Positions 39,850 through 52,624 of a DNA stretch of 64,000 nucleotides are shown piece by piece (position 1 is the stretch's first letter; each line of letters starts with the position of its first letter). A program made the position numbers and the translations under genes. The notes beneath the pieces are model-generated. The model ran no database searches and was not told the DNA's origin. It was given only the letters and a program-made list of their open reading frames with translations. The stretch comes from Octopus vulgaris (lineage: Eukaryota), in assembly GCA_951406725.2 (NCBI GenBank), contig OX597823.1, forward strand, positions 116,250,001-116,314,000, in the 5' to 3' direction.

Positions 39850-40282
39850 CATTCAAAAGTACCTTGGATCGTAGGGCGACCTGCTGTGCTTGAGGAGACC
39901 TATTGAGTCAAGTACATCAACATCAAAATGAAAATCAAATGGAAATTGTAGTTGTGATACCTGTGCAGGTGGCACGTAAAAAGCACCATCCGAACGTGGC
40001 TGATGCCAGCGCCGCCTTGACTGGCTTCCATGCTGGTGGCACATAAAAAGCACCAACTGATCATGGCCATTGCCAGCCTCCTCTGGCCCCTGTGCTGGTG
40101 GCACTTTAAAAGCAACCACTACACTCTCAGAGTGGTTGGCATTAGGAAGGGCATCCAGCCATAGAAACACTGCTAGATCAGACTGGAGCCTGGTGCAGCC
40201 TCCTGGCTTCCCAGACCCTGGTCAAACCGTCCAACCCATGCTAGCATGGAAAACGGACGTTAAACGATGATGATGATGATGA
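39850..40282 (+). mobile_element. RTE LINE 3' end
   Basis: Starts with an AVLEET-like ORF end and finishes ccaacccatgctagcatggaaaacggacgttaaac(gat)n. Confidence 0.85.
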
Positions 40283-40967
40283 AGCTTTCCAATCTCACCA
40301 GAAAGTCTCATTTTGAGAGAATGAGAGAAGTGTGGACTGCTTGAGTCTATGGTCACCACTACTACACGGTGTTATTTTATTGATTTTGAGAGGATTCGAA
40401 CTCAGAAAGTAAACCACTGTGACTAAATCTTAACAGAAATATTGTCTGAGCCATTCCACACTCAATGAACAGAGACAAGATAGTGTCCCTGCTGGAGGAC
40501 ATTACATCAGACTTGACAATAAAACAAAGTTACCGAAATATTTGTTTTGCCTGTTGACTGTGAGCTGCCAAGTATTAAAAACTTTTTAACATGAAATATT
40601 CACTCATGTACATCGGTAATATAACATGAGCACTGGCAGAGCATACTAGCAAACATGTAGTTTTATTGTCTGTTGTCTTTAGGCAAACTGTTCTGGCAGA
40701 GCACTTCTCTTAAGAATAAGGTATGACGAAGAAATAACAGGAAGAGTTGTAACATAAAACTACTGTTTACAGAGAAGCCTTTATAATGGACTCTTTCATT
40801 CCTTTGAATTGTGATAGTTTATGAGAAACATGCATCATTGAAGTTGGCAAAAGTAGTGAAATTTGACAAATAAGATCTACTACACAGCTTACTCTGTGTG
40901 TGTGTGTGTGTGCATGTGTGTGTGTATGTATATATGTATGCTTTTATAATACACACACACACACATA

Positions 40968-41180
40968 TGAGGGGTTGCTGAAAAGTTCTTGGCTTTGGGT
41001 AGAAGAAAATACAGGAGAAACTGTTAGTTATGATTTTATCCATCAAATTCTTCTCTCAGATTCACACACGATCATTGCACCACTCCTTTTCCAAGCTCTG
41101 CAAAACAACTCAGAAGTCTGGGCTTCCAACCAGGCCTTTCATGATACCTTTAAAACCAAGAACTTTTCCCCAACCCCTCA
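40968..41180. mobile_element. Mariner-type MITE (213 bp)
   Basis: TA flanks. TIR tgaggggttgctgaaaagttcttgg / ccaagaacttttccccaacccctca. Partial second copy at 42999-43193. Confidence 0.88.
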
Positions 41181-41219
41181 TATATATGTGTGTGTGTGTG
41201 TGTGCGTGTGTACATTTAT

Positions 41220-41250
<31 letters not shown>

Positions 41251-41277
41251 TATTATATATATATATATATATATATA

Positions 41278-42510
41278 TAAGATATTTGAGGACAGATTTA
41301 TGTTTATAAAAAAAAAGACAGCTTTATAATAATAGTTGATAACTTAAATTATAAAAATGCTATGAGGATAAAAATAAACCTTCTTTTCTGTAATGTTATT
41401 CAATAAAGCCACCTTCAGCTTCAACAACTGCTTCTATATGAGATCCTAATCATCTTCATGCTCGAATCAAGTGGTTCTGGTTCATTTTGGACATTACTCT
41501 GACTATGGCAGCTTTCAAAGAATCTTTGGTGTCATGGACATGTTCATTAACATCTCTCTCAACAACATTCCTCATGTTATAGTCCAATGGATTGAGATCT
41601 GGGGAATTAGGAGGCCAAATGTAAGGGGTTATGAAAATTTTCAACCATCCATTCCTGTGTTACTGGAACCATGTGTGATAGTGCAGAGTCTTACTGAAAC
41701 ACATACGGCCTTCCATTGCATACACTGTCTATCTAGGGTTTAACAATTGTTTCCAGGACCTCAATGTAGGTGGTAGAGTTAACTCTAGGGCCTTGTGGAA
41801 AGAAGTAAGGATGTATGACATGTCCTTCATTGCTGACAACCCCTAAAACCATGACAGTTGCAGGAAATTTTGTATGCATAACACTTGGAACTTCAGAAGG
41901 GTTTGCACACAACCATCTGTCATTTCTTCTGTTGATTTTTGATCTTGGTCAAAGTTTTTCTCATTTGAGAAAAAGCAAATCAAATCTTCTGCTGGATTTT
42001 TCAGTTTGTTTAAGAGCCTTTTACAACTGATGTAGTGATTATTTTCTTTTGCTTTGTCCAACTAATTGATCTTTCCTCATCATATAAGTCTTATATCTGA
42101 TATCGTTGTGGACAACATTTCTGACTATGCCTTCTGACACATGGAGATCTTTTGCAATTGACCTCATGGACTTTCTAGCATTGTAAACTGTTGAACTTGC
42201 TGGATAAATTCAGGTGTTCTGATGATTTCAGAGCATTTAGAAAGCTTTTTATGCTTTGATTCTGGTGATACATTTCCATCTTCAGTCTCTAGCTCCTTAC
42301 AAACTTTGTAGACGAAAGATCTGGTAACTTTTAAAAACTGAGATATGTCTAAATTGCTATGCTCAGCCTTTATAACCACAATAACAGCATGCCTCTTCAT
42401 TTCTTGAGTAAGCTGAGGGTCTGCCATTATTATTTTCTGAAACAAAGATTATACAGAGTTAGCAAAAAATGCAACAATGACCCAAAAGAGGCATGTCCTC
42501 AAATACCTTG
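41278..42510 (-). mobile_element. Near full-length but decayed maT-like Tc1/mariner transposon
   Basis: TIR (t/c)aag(a/g)tatttgaggaca at both ends. Frameshifted pieces MKRHAVIV.., FFSNEKNF and WPPNSPDLNPLDY. Confidence 0.88.
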
Positions 42511-43190
42511 CACACACACACACACACACACATAAACATATTTGTGTCTGTATACGTACACACACACACACACATGTCGTGATATCACATGATAGTTGTA
42601 AGCAAGTGCCTCTGTTATACATGCAGTTTGTTTCATCCCTGATCTCTTGTGAAAATCTTGTCTGGCCCAGTCGAAATATCATCCAGCTTGGAAAGAAGTG
42701 AGGGTTAATGACAGGAAGGTATCTCATCATGGATAATCTGCCTCACTGAATTCCATAGGACTCATGCAAGCCTGGAAAAGTGGCCATTGAAACAATGATC
42801 ATACATGCACACCCACAATAAACATATATATAAATATATATACACACATACATGCATACATACATACATACATGAGGGATTGGTGCTAGGAAGGGCATCC
42901 AGTTGTAAAAGTCCTGCCAAGACAGTCACAGAAGTCTGGTGCAGACTTTTACCTGGCTGGCTCCTGTCAAACGTCCCACCTATGCCAGTATGGAAGGTGG
43001 CTTTGGGGTGGGGGTAAAAGAAAATACAGAAGTATCAGTTAATTACGATTTTATTTGACATATTCCCCTCTCAGATTCACACACAGCAATCCTTCAATTT
43101 TTCTAAGCTCTGTTAAAGAAATTGGAAGGTTGGGCTTCCAACCAGGCCTTTCACAATACCCTTAATACCAGGAACTTTTCAGCACCCCCT

Positions 43191-43462
43191 TCATCATCAT
43201 CATTTAATGTCTTTTTTCCATGCTAGCATGGGTTGGACGATTTGACTGGGCTCTGGGAAGCAAGGAGGCTGCACCAGGCTCTAGTCTGATCTGACAGTGT
43301 TTCTACAGCTGGATGCCCTTCCTAATACCAACCACTCTGTGAGTGTAGTGGGTGTTTTTTACGTGCCACCAGCACAGGAGCCAGGGGAGGCTGGCAGCGG
43401 CCACAATTGGTTGGTGGTTTTACGTGTCACCGACACAGATGCCAGTTAGGCAACGCTAGTAT
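43191..43462 (-). mobile_element. RTE 3' UTR copy
   Basis: (CAT)n tail and ctacagctggatgcccttcctaa motif. Confidence 0.85.
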
Positions 43463-43562
43463 CTGTGTGTGTATATATATATATAATGGGAAACGTGTGG
43501 TTTTTGATGGTATGTCTTTAATTAAATAGGTAACAAAGAAGTAAGAAGCAGAGATGAGGGTA

Positions 43563-43613
43563 GCATTTATGATCGTTTCGATTTACTGGAGTAAGTAAAT
43601 CTCTTCAGAATGC
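43563..43613 (-). ncRNA. Minimal type I hammerhead ribozyme
   Basis: Minus strand reads GCATT CTGAAGA GATTTACT tactcc AGTAAATC GAAA CGATCA TA AATGC. Core intact, 5-bp stem I, 8-bp stem II, stem III one base from the palindrome ACGATCGT. Confidence 0.82.
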
Positions 43614-44794
43614 AAATATAGGTAGATGCATCGGTTGGAATGCGAAAATGATTGATACATATGTGATGGTAATGTAAATAAAGGGGTAATTCTTACATTA
43701 GAATTTTGTTCTTGCACTGGTAAATTTGCTGGGTATAGGTTTGCTTTATATATATATATATATATATATAATTTATGTGAGAAGTTGTTTTGTGTTGGCC
43801 CACTGTTCACACCCAATATTGTTCATTTTAGAAATAAATGTGTTAAATGTGGTTTGTAACAATAAAATAGAAATGTGTCTCTATTGTTTGATACCTGTTG
43901 AACAAAACAAGATCAGTTGGATAAATTTCTGCCGTTTCTTTATTCATTATTGTCTCGTATGCTTATTTGTTTTTATCTCAGACTTTTTATATCCATTTTC
44001 CTTGCTTTCAGGATTTTGATTGTTCTGAAAATTCAGTTATTTACATCAATTGCTTGCAGATGCATTTCAAAACCAGATGCCTCTCCAAAATTTCATTCAT
44101 TCAACCGTGATAAAACATTGGTAGTTGTTTGTTGTTTATGGAGATAAACTGAAGGAAGTAATGTGTTTTGCCTAGAGACACAACAAACAGCGTTGAGCCC
44201 ATCAACTTAAGCATTCAGTCACAATGCTTCTGTCAGAACTAGAAAATTTAGTTTTAGACCAAGTGATCAGAAGTACTTTGCAAAGTTTGACTTGTATATC
44301 TTATTTACCGGTTGTTAATTCCAAAATTTTCTCACGACTGAAATTATGCTTCAGTTTGGCCACAGAAGAAGGAACACCACTCAGTTTGTTTTCATGTTTT
44401 TCTCAAAGCTGGTCTTTTGAAAATCTGTCTGTTCTCACTTCCTGGCCTACTTGCACATTTTCTTCACATCTTTCATTACTTCTTTAACCCTTCAGTATCT
44501 CTCTCACTCTTCCCCTTTCTCTCTCCCTTTCCATCCCTCTATCTCCCTCTCTCTCTCCTTCAACACACACACACACATGCATATTAGTTCATTAACCAAT
44601 GAATTTCATTCTTTTTTTTATGATGGTAAAGTGTGACTCCAGAAAGATTTGACTGCTGCTTCTAACAGATGGTTAATGGCATCAATCTCACTGATCGGTC
44701 TCAGGCTGTCTGTGAATACCATGGACAATGTCCTCCCCTCCAAACTCAGGAACTAAACAAATAAAACCTAAATGAAAAATGTGTCGGTGAATGC

Positions 44795-45284
44795 TATTTC
44801 ACACCTTGATACTGTGTGGTCTGAGAACGCCTTAGTTGTGCCCCTCATAATAAATAAAATGCTAAACACTTATGGTACATAAGTTTATAGCTCCAGTACT
44901 CTGGAGTAACAGAATTTGTTGTGTATGTAAACAGATTGACTGCTTCTTTCTTCTGGGAATTGTCTTACAATGTAGACACCTCTGATAAGAACCCAGTAAG
45001 TTTGGAAAATCGACAAATGCTGTTCGTCATATTTTTTCAGTCCACGGGGAAATAATTAGATTTACTGTGTTTGTATTCCTACTATGTAGGCTCAGAAAAG
45101 TTATTTCATACCTTGGTGCTATGTGGATTAGATTCCCGTTGACAGGCCACTGATACTTATAAAGTATTGAACGTTTATGGTAAACAAAGTGCTAGCTCCA
45201 TTCCTTTGTAGTGACTGGTATTTTTTTAGCATATTTGTTTGTCTGGGATTGGTCAAATTAACATAGACACCTCTGAGAGAACTC

Positions 45285-45317
<33 letters not shown>

Positions 45318-45720
45318 TTAATGTCCATTTCTCATGCTGGCATGAGTTGGACGGTTTAACCAGAGCTGGCAGACTGGGGAGTTGCACCAAGCTCAGGTCT
45401 GATTTGGCTTAGTTTCTACAGCTGGATGCCCTCCCTAACACCATCCAATTTACAGTGTGTATTGGATGCTTTTAACATGGCACCGGCAAAAGCACGTGTA
45501 CATGGCACCAGCATGATTGCTTTTTATGTGCTTTCCTGTAGCACCAGCACAGGACTCTCGTAAGTGAACCCTCTTCACCAGGGGATGCGGCCTTAGCACT
45601 TTTGCTGTGGAGCACAAGTCCAATAAGGTTTGAAATTCAGTTAAGGCTGTTCCTCATTTTTCAGTCTTGGGAGAAATAGGTAAATTTGCCCCGTTTATAT
45701 ATCTACTACATGGATTACAT
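44795..45720. repeat. Old ~306-bp tandem duplication; unit 2 is interrupted by an RTE-UTR copy (45287-45620)
   Basis: tatttca(c/t)accttg at 44795 and 45101. tagacacctctga and gctgttc.tcat..tttcagtc occur in both units. Confidence 0.75.
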
Positions 45721-47164
45721 ATACAAACAATGGCAAGTATCGTTAGTCAGTTTCAGATATGTAATATCCATTGACCTTTGGTCCTCTCTTGAAATAAAAG
45801 ATATCAGGAAGATTCTCTGAGTTTAGTAGAGTTCAATGTGAAATACTGAAAGTTAGAAGTTTATAAACTGATTAGGAATCTTCGTCTTAATAAGATGAAT
45901 GGAGGGAAATTGTAGAGTCTGTTTAATATAGGAATAAACTTAACTGGAGAATAACTCTTGAGTGTAATGATTCCATTAGCGAAGGAAATATCCATAATCA
46001 GACCTAATTTATCACTAAACCATTAAATTATAGGGTGTCAACAGGAGCTGACCTTAATTGGTGAGGCTGTATATATGAAGAACTTTAGGAAGAAAATAAT
46101 TCAAGGAAAAACGGTGAGGGAGGTGGTATGTGATACATAGTACAATAAGTTTGCAATGTTAGGAAGTAGCTTGGAGATAAAATTGGTTTTAAGCAATAAA
46201 GGGTCATGAATCAGTGGGTAATTAAATTCGCACTTGACCCTGATAATTAAGGTATACATAAAATAAATGCTTCAAATAGATTCTTTCCCACAAGGATAAA
46301 TCTTCAAGGGAGTCACTGAAGAATCTATCGTGAGTATTAAGAAACAGTCTCAGAATAAACAATAAGGATAACCTTGTCTGTAATTCTAAGAAGATGATAA
46401 AGTTTTATTTCTGTGAATATATCAAATCTTATCAAGGATTCAAATGAATATGATAGTAGTGTGTTTGTTATTACCTTGAAAATAGGGGAATATAAATAGA
46501 TGTTATTTCAGCTATCTTTGACACTTTTCTTATTGGTTTGCTCCCTTACATTATCTTTTACTGCTGCTTCAGAAGGTACACATGATAAGGAATTCCAACC
46601 AAAATAAATCACCTGAACATAACAAGTGACATTTCTATTTTCAGAGAGATTTAGCTGAGAATTTATGTCAGTTACCGGCTAACCTCCAATAAATCACAAA
46701 TGGAATAGGTTCCTAGCTGACCCCTCCATTGTAATATCCACACACACAAACACTCACACACACACCGCACACAGAGAAGTGTGCGTCCAGATATAGAAAT
46801 GTGAAAGCACATCAAAGCCATTATTATCATTAGTCAGGTAATGGCGTTGTGGATCACTTAGGGATTCACCAATGTTTCCTCAACTTGTGTACAGTTGAGA
46901 TTTCTTCCATAACATGATTATAACATGACAACCAGCAGAAACACGGAAGAATGAACGGCTATGTTAAAAGAAAGATGAATGTTCACGATCTAGCTATATT
47001 TTCAATAGTTTTTCTCAGGTGTGTGACAGTTTCTCGTTATAGAATTACACTAAATTTAAATGAGTTGACATCAATGGAAACGATGTCCGTTTATTGGAGG
47101 CAGAACACAACAGGTACTATATCTATACAAAGACACATGAAAAGATCTGTGGTCAGGTGAGAAG

Positions 47165-47272
47165 TATTTGTCATCATCACCATCATCATCATCTGCACCA
47201 TCATCATCATCATCATCTTCTTCTTCTTCTTCTTCTTCTTCTTCTTCTTCTTCTTCTTCCTCCTCCTCCCCC
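47165..47272. repeat. (CAT)n-(CTT)n-(CCT)n compound microsatellite
   Basis: Read directly from sequence. Confidence 0.95.
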
Positions 47273-47908
47273 TTCTGCATTGTGATTCTGTATCAATATA
47301 GATACTATAATGTACAAAAGTTCCTATCAAACCTGTATACGTAGGAAAATATCATTAACTTGGTTACTGAAGCTTTTTTTTTTCTTTTTTTCTTTTTTCT
47401 TTTACTACAAACAATGAAAGGCTTCTTGTGAATCTACTGAAAACCTTATGTTTGTATTTTCGTGTCAGGCACCAGATTTTGGTACAAATGTACCAACTTG
47501 CGTGACAGAATATCGGTAAACTATTGCTGAGCATTGTCAACAGAGAAAGGGAGATCATATTTTCCTCATTCTAATTGTCACATTAGACATTTAAATTTCA
47601 CTCAAACACACACACACACACACACACCCGTATGTATGTCTGTATAATGTTTTTATTTTTTCATTTTGTTCCTGTCGAATTTTATCCCTAATTTTGTGGT
47701 TATAGAACCTAGCTGTTCTTTCTAGCGTGTTGAATCCCACGAGTGGATTCCTTATGTGTTTAAATGTATTTTATGACTAATACATAGACTTTGGACTAAA
47801 TTTTTACACGTTAAGCCACGGGAGATGAAAATTTCTATTAATTTCCATTTCCCTTTGATATGATTATATATATTTATATATATATCTGTAAATGTGACAA
47901 TTATTCGG

Positions 47909-47982
47909 TAGCCAAGATAAAACTTCGAGTTTCGGATGCTAAGGTGGAAATCCATGCCACCATCTCTTCAGTTATCCGGCCA
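47909..47982 (-). ncRNA. Extended type I hammerhead ribozyme
   Basis: Minus strand reads TGGCCGGATAA CTGAAGA GATG GTGG catggattt CCAC cttag CATC c GAAA CT cga AG TT | TTATCTTGGCTA. Core intact, ~11-bp bulged stem I, GUU cleavage triplet. Confidence 0.72.
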
Positions 47983-48194
47983 TCGGAAAAACGCTATGAA
48001 AAATGCCACACCTCTTTTTCACTGCTAATTCAGTCACCTATTTAACAGAAACCACCTACTTCCTCAAGAGAGCCTCAGGGGAATTTGAGAAAATCTATTT
48101 TCCATGTATCTCTAGACTTTATGGTTCCTGTACATCTTCCACACACAAACACTACTTTCCCCCTTATGTTTCCTGTGATTCCACTGCACCTCTC

Positions 48195-48592
48195 TGTATG
48201 GTTAAACAGCTTGCTTCTCACCCATGTGATTTATAAGTTCGATCCCACTGTATGGTATTTTGGGCATGTGTCTTCTACTACAGTTTTGGGCCGACCAATG
48301 CCTTCTGAGTAGATTTGGTAGGCAGAAACTGAAAGAATAATGTTTTGTATATTTATGTGCGTGCTTAAGTTCACATGATGGTTGTAAGTCATAAGTGAGC
48401 ATCACAATCATATGTTTGTCTCCAGTCTTTCATGAAAAATATATCTGGTCATGGGGAAATATATTCCTGCTCGGACACAGGTAAGCGTTGGTAACAGAAA
48501 TAGCATCAAGCTGTAGAAAACCTACCTCAATGAGTTCTGACTGACCCATGCAAGTATGGATTTGTGGGCATTAAAACTATGTTGATGACGAT
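48195..48592 (+). mobile_element. SINE with family-B head and RTE-like (GAT)n tail
   Basis: Homologous to 58199-58712. Confidence 0.75.
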
Positions 48593-48608
48593 AGGTATGT
48601 AAGTGTGT

Positions 48609-48845
48609 AAGGTGGTGAGCTGGTAGGATCGTTAGCACGCCAGGTGAAATGCCAAGCGGTATTTTATCTGCCATTATGTTCTGAGTTCAAATTCCGCCGA
48701 GGTTGACTTTGCCTTTCATCCTTTTGGGGTTGATAAATTAAGTACCAGTTATGCACTGAGGTCGATGTAATCGACTTAATCCGTTTGTCTGTCCTTGTTT
48801 GTCCTCTCTGTGTTTAGCCCCTTGTGGGTAGTAAAGAAATAGGTA
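48609..48845 (+). mobile_element. SINE family A monomer
   Basis: TSD ataggtatgtaagtgtgtaa. Confidence 0.92.
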
Positions 48846-49694
48846 TGTAAGTGTGTAAATAGGTAGATAGGTAGGTAGACAGGCAGGCATAGTTTTATTT
48901 CAGCTTTTAAGAACATTGTTGATGAGATGCCAAAGGTTATTTAACTTTGAAACTGATTCCCCTCCAAATAATTGCAACCATTTTAAGAGCAAGATCTCTG
49001 GCTGGTTTAGGTAATGAAATGTTGAACTTTTAGTGAGATTAGTTCATCTGTTGTATTGGCAGTGTACCATATCTGTGACTATTTTACAATTGGTTACTTA
49101 ATTGTCTGTGGAATTTGTAAGATAAATAGCAGGAGCAATGCATAAATGCCAACTTGAAGTGAAGCTGTATTACTGAGATCAAATCCTACCCTGGACAAAA
49201 TAGCCACACTTATGCTAATGAACTAAATATTGGATGGACAGAATGACTGTTACTGCCATCTATATTTCTGGGATGTGTTCACCAATGATGCAACCAGTCT
49301 TACTAACTTTCAGGATGTGTTCATCAATGATATGACTTGTTTTCCTCTCATATGCAACATCTAGGTATGTTGAGTAGCTGTTTCACTCAAATTGGTAATC
49401 TGCAGCATAGCAGATGTGATATTTCTGAAAAAGAGATATGATGTCACAATCTTTTGACGATGTTGTTGAATCCATCTCTCTTTTCATGGTATTGGGTATT
49501 GATGTACCTTAATACTGGGTTATGTAACACTCTAATAACCATCTGTATAAACTGAGAATTATAAAGCATGTTGCACAAGGGTATAAAGCAAGGAAATGAT
49601 AGGTATGTCAAGACTCGAATTTCAGACTGGGCTTTCTTCTTTAATAAAGGACCCATTAAGGATCACTGAAGAGCCCTTTTTCAATGTAAAGCTC

Positions 49695-50108
49695 TTTCTT
49701 TTATTCTTTTACTTGTTTCAGCCATTTGACTATGACCATGCTAGAGCACCACATTTAGTCGAGCAAATTGACCCCAGGACTATATTCCTTGTAAGCCTAG
49801 TACTTATTCTATCGGTCTCTTTTGCCGAACTGCCAAGTTACGGGGATGTAAACACACCAGCATTGGTTGTCAAGCGATGTTGGAGAAACAAGCATAGACA
49901 CTTAAACATATACACACACACACATACATATATATACATATATACATTGGGCTTCTTTCAGTTTCTGTCTACCAAATCCACTTACAGGGCTTTGGTCGGC
50001 TTGAGGCTATAGTAGAAGACACTTGCCCAAGGTGCCACGCAGTGGGACTGAACCCGGAACCATTTGGTTGGTAAGCAAGCTACTTACCACACAGCCACTC
50101 CCGCACCT
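49695..50108 (-). mobile_element. SINE family B
   Basis: Full reverse-complement copy. Confidence 0.9.
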
Positions 50109-51645
50109 TATGTGACAAATCATCAACTTCAAGCAATGTTTCTACTAAACACAAAATACTGTACGTTGCTAACATATACACACATACAAACATCTAAATG
50201 CATTTTTTTATGCTTAAGCATAACATTATTATTGTACATATGTATGTACATATATGTGTGTGTGTGCATGCATGTATGTATATATGTACCCTGGGTTTCA
50301 CATCCATAAGATGCTTAGCTTTACAGCATTTCTTCAGACCCTAGTCCCATACATATGTATGTATGTATGTATGTCTATATATATATATGTATATGTATAT
50401 GTATGTGTGTATATAAATATATGACTAAGGTGACCAATTTTTGTCGTTTATGTATTTATCTTTGAGATGACCAGTTCTTGTTCTCGACATTATGATGTAA
50501 ATATCTGCCACATTGCACCTTATTTTACCCAGTTGTAATTCAAATATTATCAAACAGCATCCAGCGTGGGTCAGTTAAGGATCTGACCTGATAATTGAAC
50601 ATGTGAACATTAAGTAAGCTGTTTATGAAATAAGTTTTTGTAAACAACATTAGAAGGAGAGAGAGAGGATGTGATGAAAATATGCTCTGTAGATTTGATT
50701 TAGCCTGACCAGGTACTTATAAGGAATACAAATTCTAAATCACCAATGATATTGTGGTCAGAGTTCTCTTGCCCAGGTGATGGTTATTAACTTGTCATTT
50801 GAAATATTTCAACCTGTAAAGGACATGAGAATGAGAAAACTCTAATGGACAAGTCATTTGAATGACGTAACTCTAGATATCTCATGGTTCAATACCCAGA
50901 TGCCATGGCATATTTAAGGAGTTGTTCCTGTTTATAACAAGTCAGTATAGCATGGTTAATGAACGTTTGGCGTTTAAAGCTGCTAAATCAGTGACAACTG
51001 TTCATTCTAATGAGTCGTTGATCTCACAAGTAACGCTGTATATTAGTCTAAACATATTGCCTATACCTGTGACCCCCTGCAGGCCTTAGCGCTAACATCC
51101 AGCTATTCAAACAGTTTTACAAGTCAACGTTATTACAACTAATTAAGGAACTTTTGACAAAATTGATTTGGATGGATAATTCTATGAGATGCCAACAGCA
51201 GAAGATGCAGTTTCAATTTTATGAGTGAATCCTGCAAATGCATATTGCTTAGTTAATAAAATGAACAGATGTAGGTGAGTGTGGGCGGATGTGGGTGCAT
51301 GTGTGTGTGTGTGCGTGAGAGACAGAGAGAGCATGTGTGTATGTAATTGTTGGTGTGTTGACATCTACTTGACCTTCATCAGAGTAATAATTTGATTAAT
51401 AAGGTACTTGATGATATATATGTACATATACACACACACGCATGCACGCGTGCGCACACATACACACACACACACACATGTATACTAAGTCACAAGGATA
51501 TGTCATATACTTACATACACACACATATACATACACATAATATGAATGACCATTTCTCTGGAAGTATAGGTGAGAGCTGCATCGTCTTTACTGCTTCCAT
51601 CTTCCTTTCATCCTCCATCAAAAACCAGCATGTTTGTGTGTATAC

Positions 51646-51701
<56 letters not shown>

Positions 51702-51714
51702 GTGTGTACATATA

Positions 51715-52602
51715 CAGGGTACGGTGAATAAACTGTCGTCTAAATTATGCAAAAATGAAAATAACACTGACATCTCACTTTAACAGATATATTTACCAAA
51801 ATTACATAAAAATATCTTGAAATATTAAAGAGAAAATTTGTTTAATAAAATCGCCATTGGCTTCAACCACAGCCTCCAGACGACTTTGGAATCTCCTGCA
51901 ACTCTCCTGGGTGGTCTCCTTGTTTAAGTTGGTGAATGTTGCCATAATCCTTGCCTTCAGTTCATCTTTGGTGTTACAAGGAGTTTTGTTGGTCTCTTGC
52001 TCAACTGTGCCCCACACATAATAATCAAGGAGGTTGCAGTCTGGGGAGTTGGGTGGCCAGATGTTAGGGGTGGTGTGGTCGCAGAAATTGTCTGATAGCC
52101 ATGACTGGGTCCTCCTGCTTGTGTGGCATGGTGCAGAGTCCTGTTGCCAGACATAGGGTTTTCCAGCAGCCACCCTCTTGACCCAGGGCAGCACTGCCTC
52201 CTTCAGGCACTTGATGTAGGCTTCTGTGTCGAGTCTGAGGCCATGTGGGAAGATGAATGGAGGCATAACATTGCCGTCACTAGTAATCACTCCAAACACC
52301 ATGATGCTGACTGGATGTTTGATTTTTATCATTCTTGGTACATGTCCTCAGATGGCACTGTTCTCAGATTGACACCCAAGCACTCTGAAATGTATGTATT
52401 GGAGTTTCCAGTTTGAATGCCAAGCAGTACAGCTTGTTGTTTCCAAATTTCTGGCAGAGTGAACGGTGTCATGGTGCTGTTTTTCTCACAGATGGTGCCC
52501 AACTGACCCTACTATACTGTATAGTTGACAAAATCAAAAACAAACAATGCACACAAGTGAAATTAAAAATAAAATTGGTGACAATTTACACATCACACCC
52601 TG
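51715..52602 (-). mobile_element. Internally deleted maT (DD37D) transposon
   Basis: TA|cagggt...accctg|TA termini with a degenerate ~26-bp TIR. Confidence 0.9.
51802..52332 (-). pseudogene. DD37D transposase C-terminal half (176 aa, open)
   Basis: MVFGVI..WQQDSAPCH..WPPNSPDCNLLDY, with 37 residues counted between the second and third Asp. The N-terminal half is absent. Confidence 0.9.
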
Positions 52603-52624
52603 TATGTATGTGTGTGTGTATATA

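Noticed and set aside
51362-51385. Minus-strand CTGATGAAGGTC hammerhead start
   Set aside because: No downstream GAAA or stem III; at most a truncated relic.
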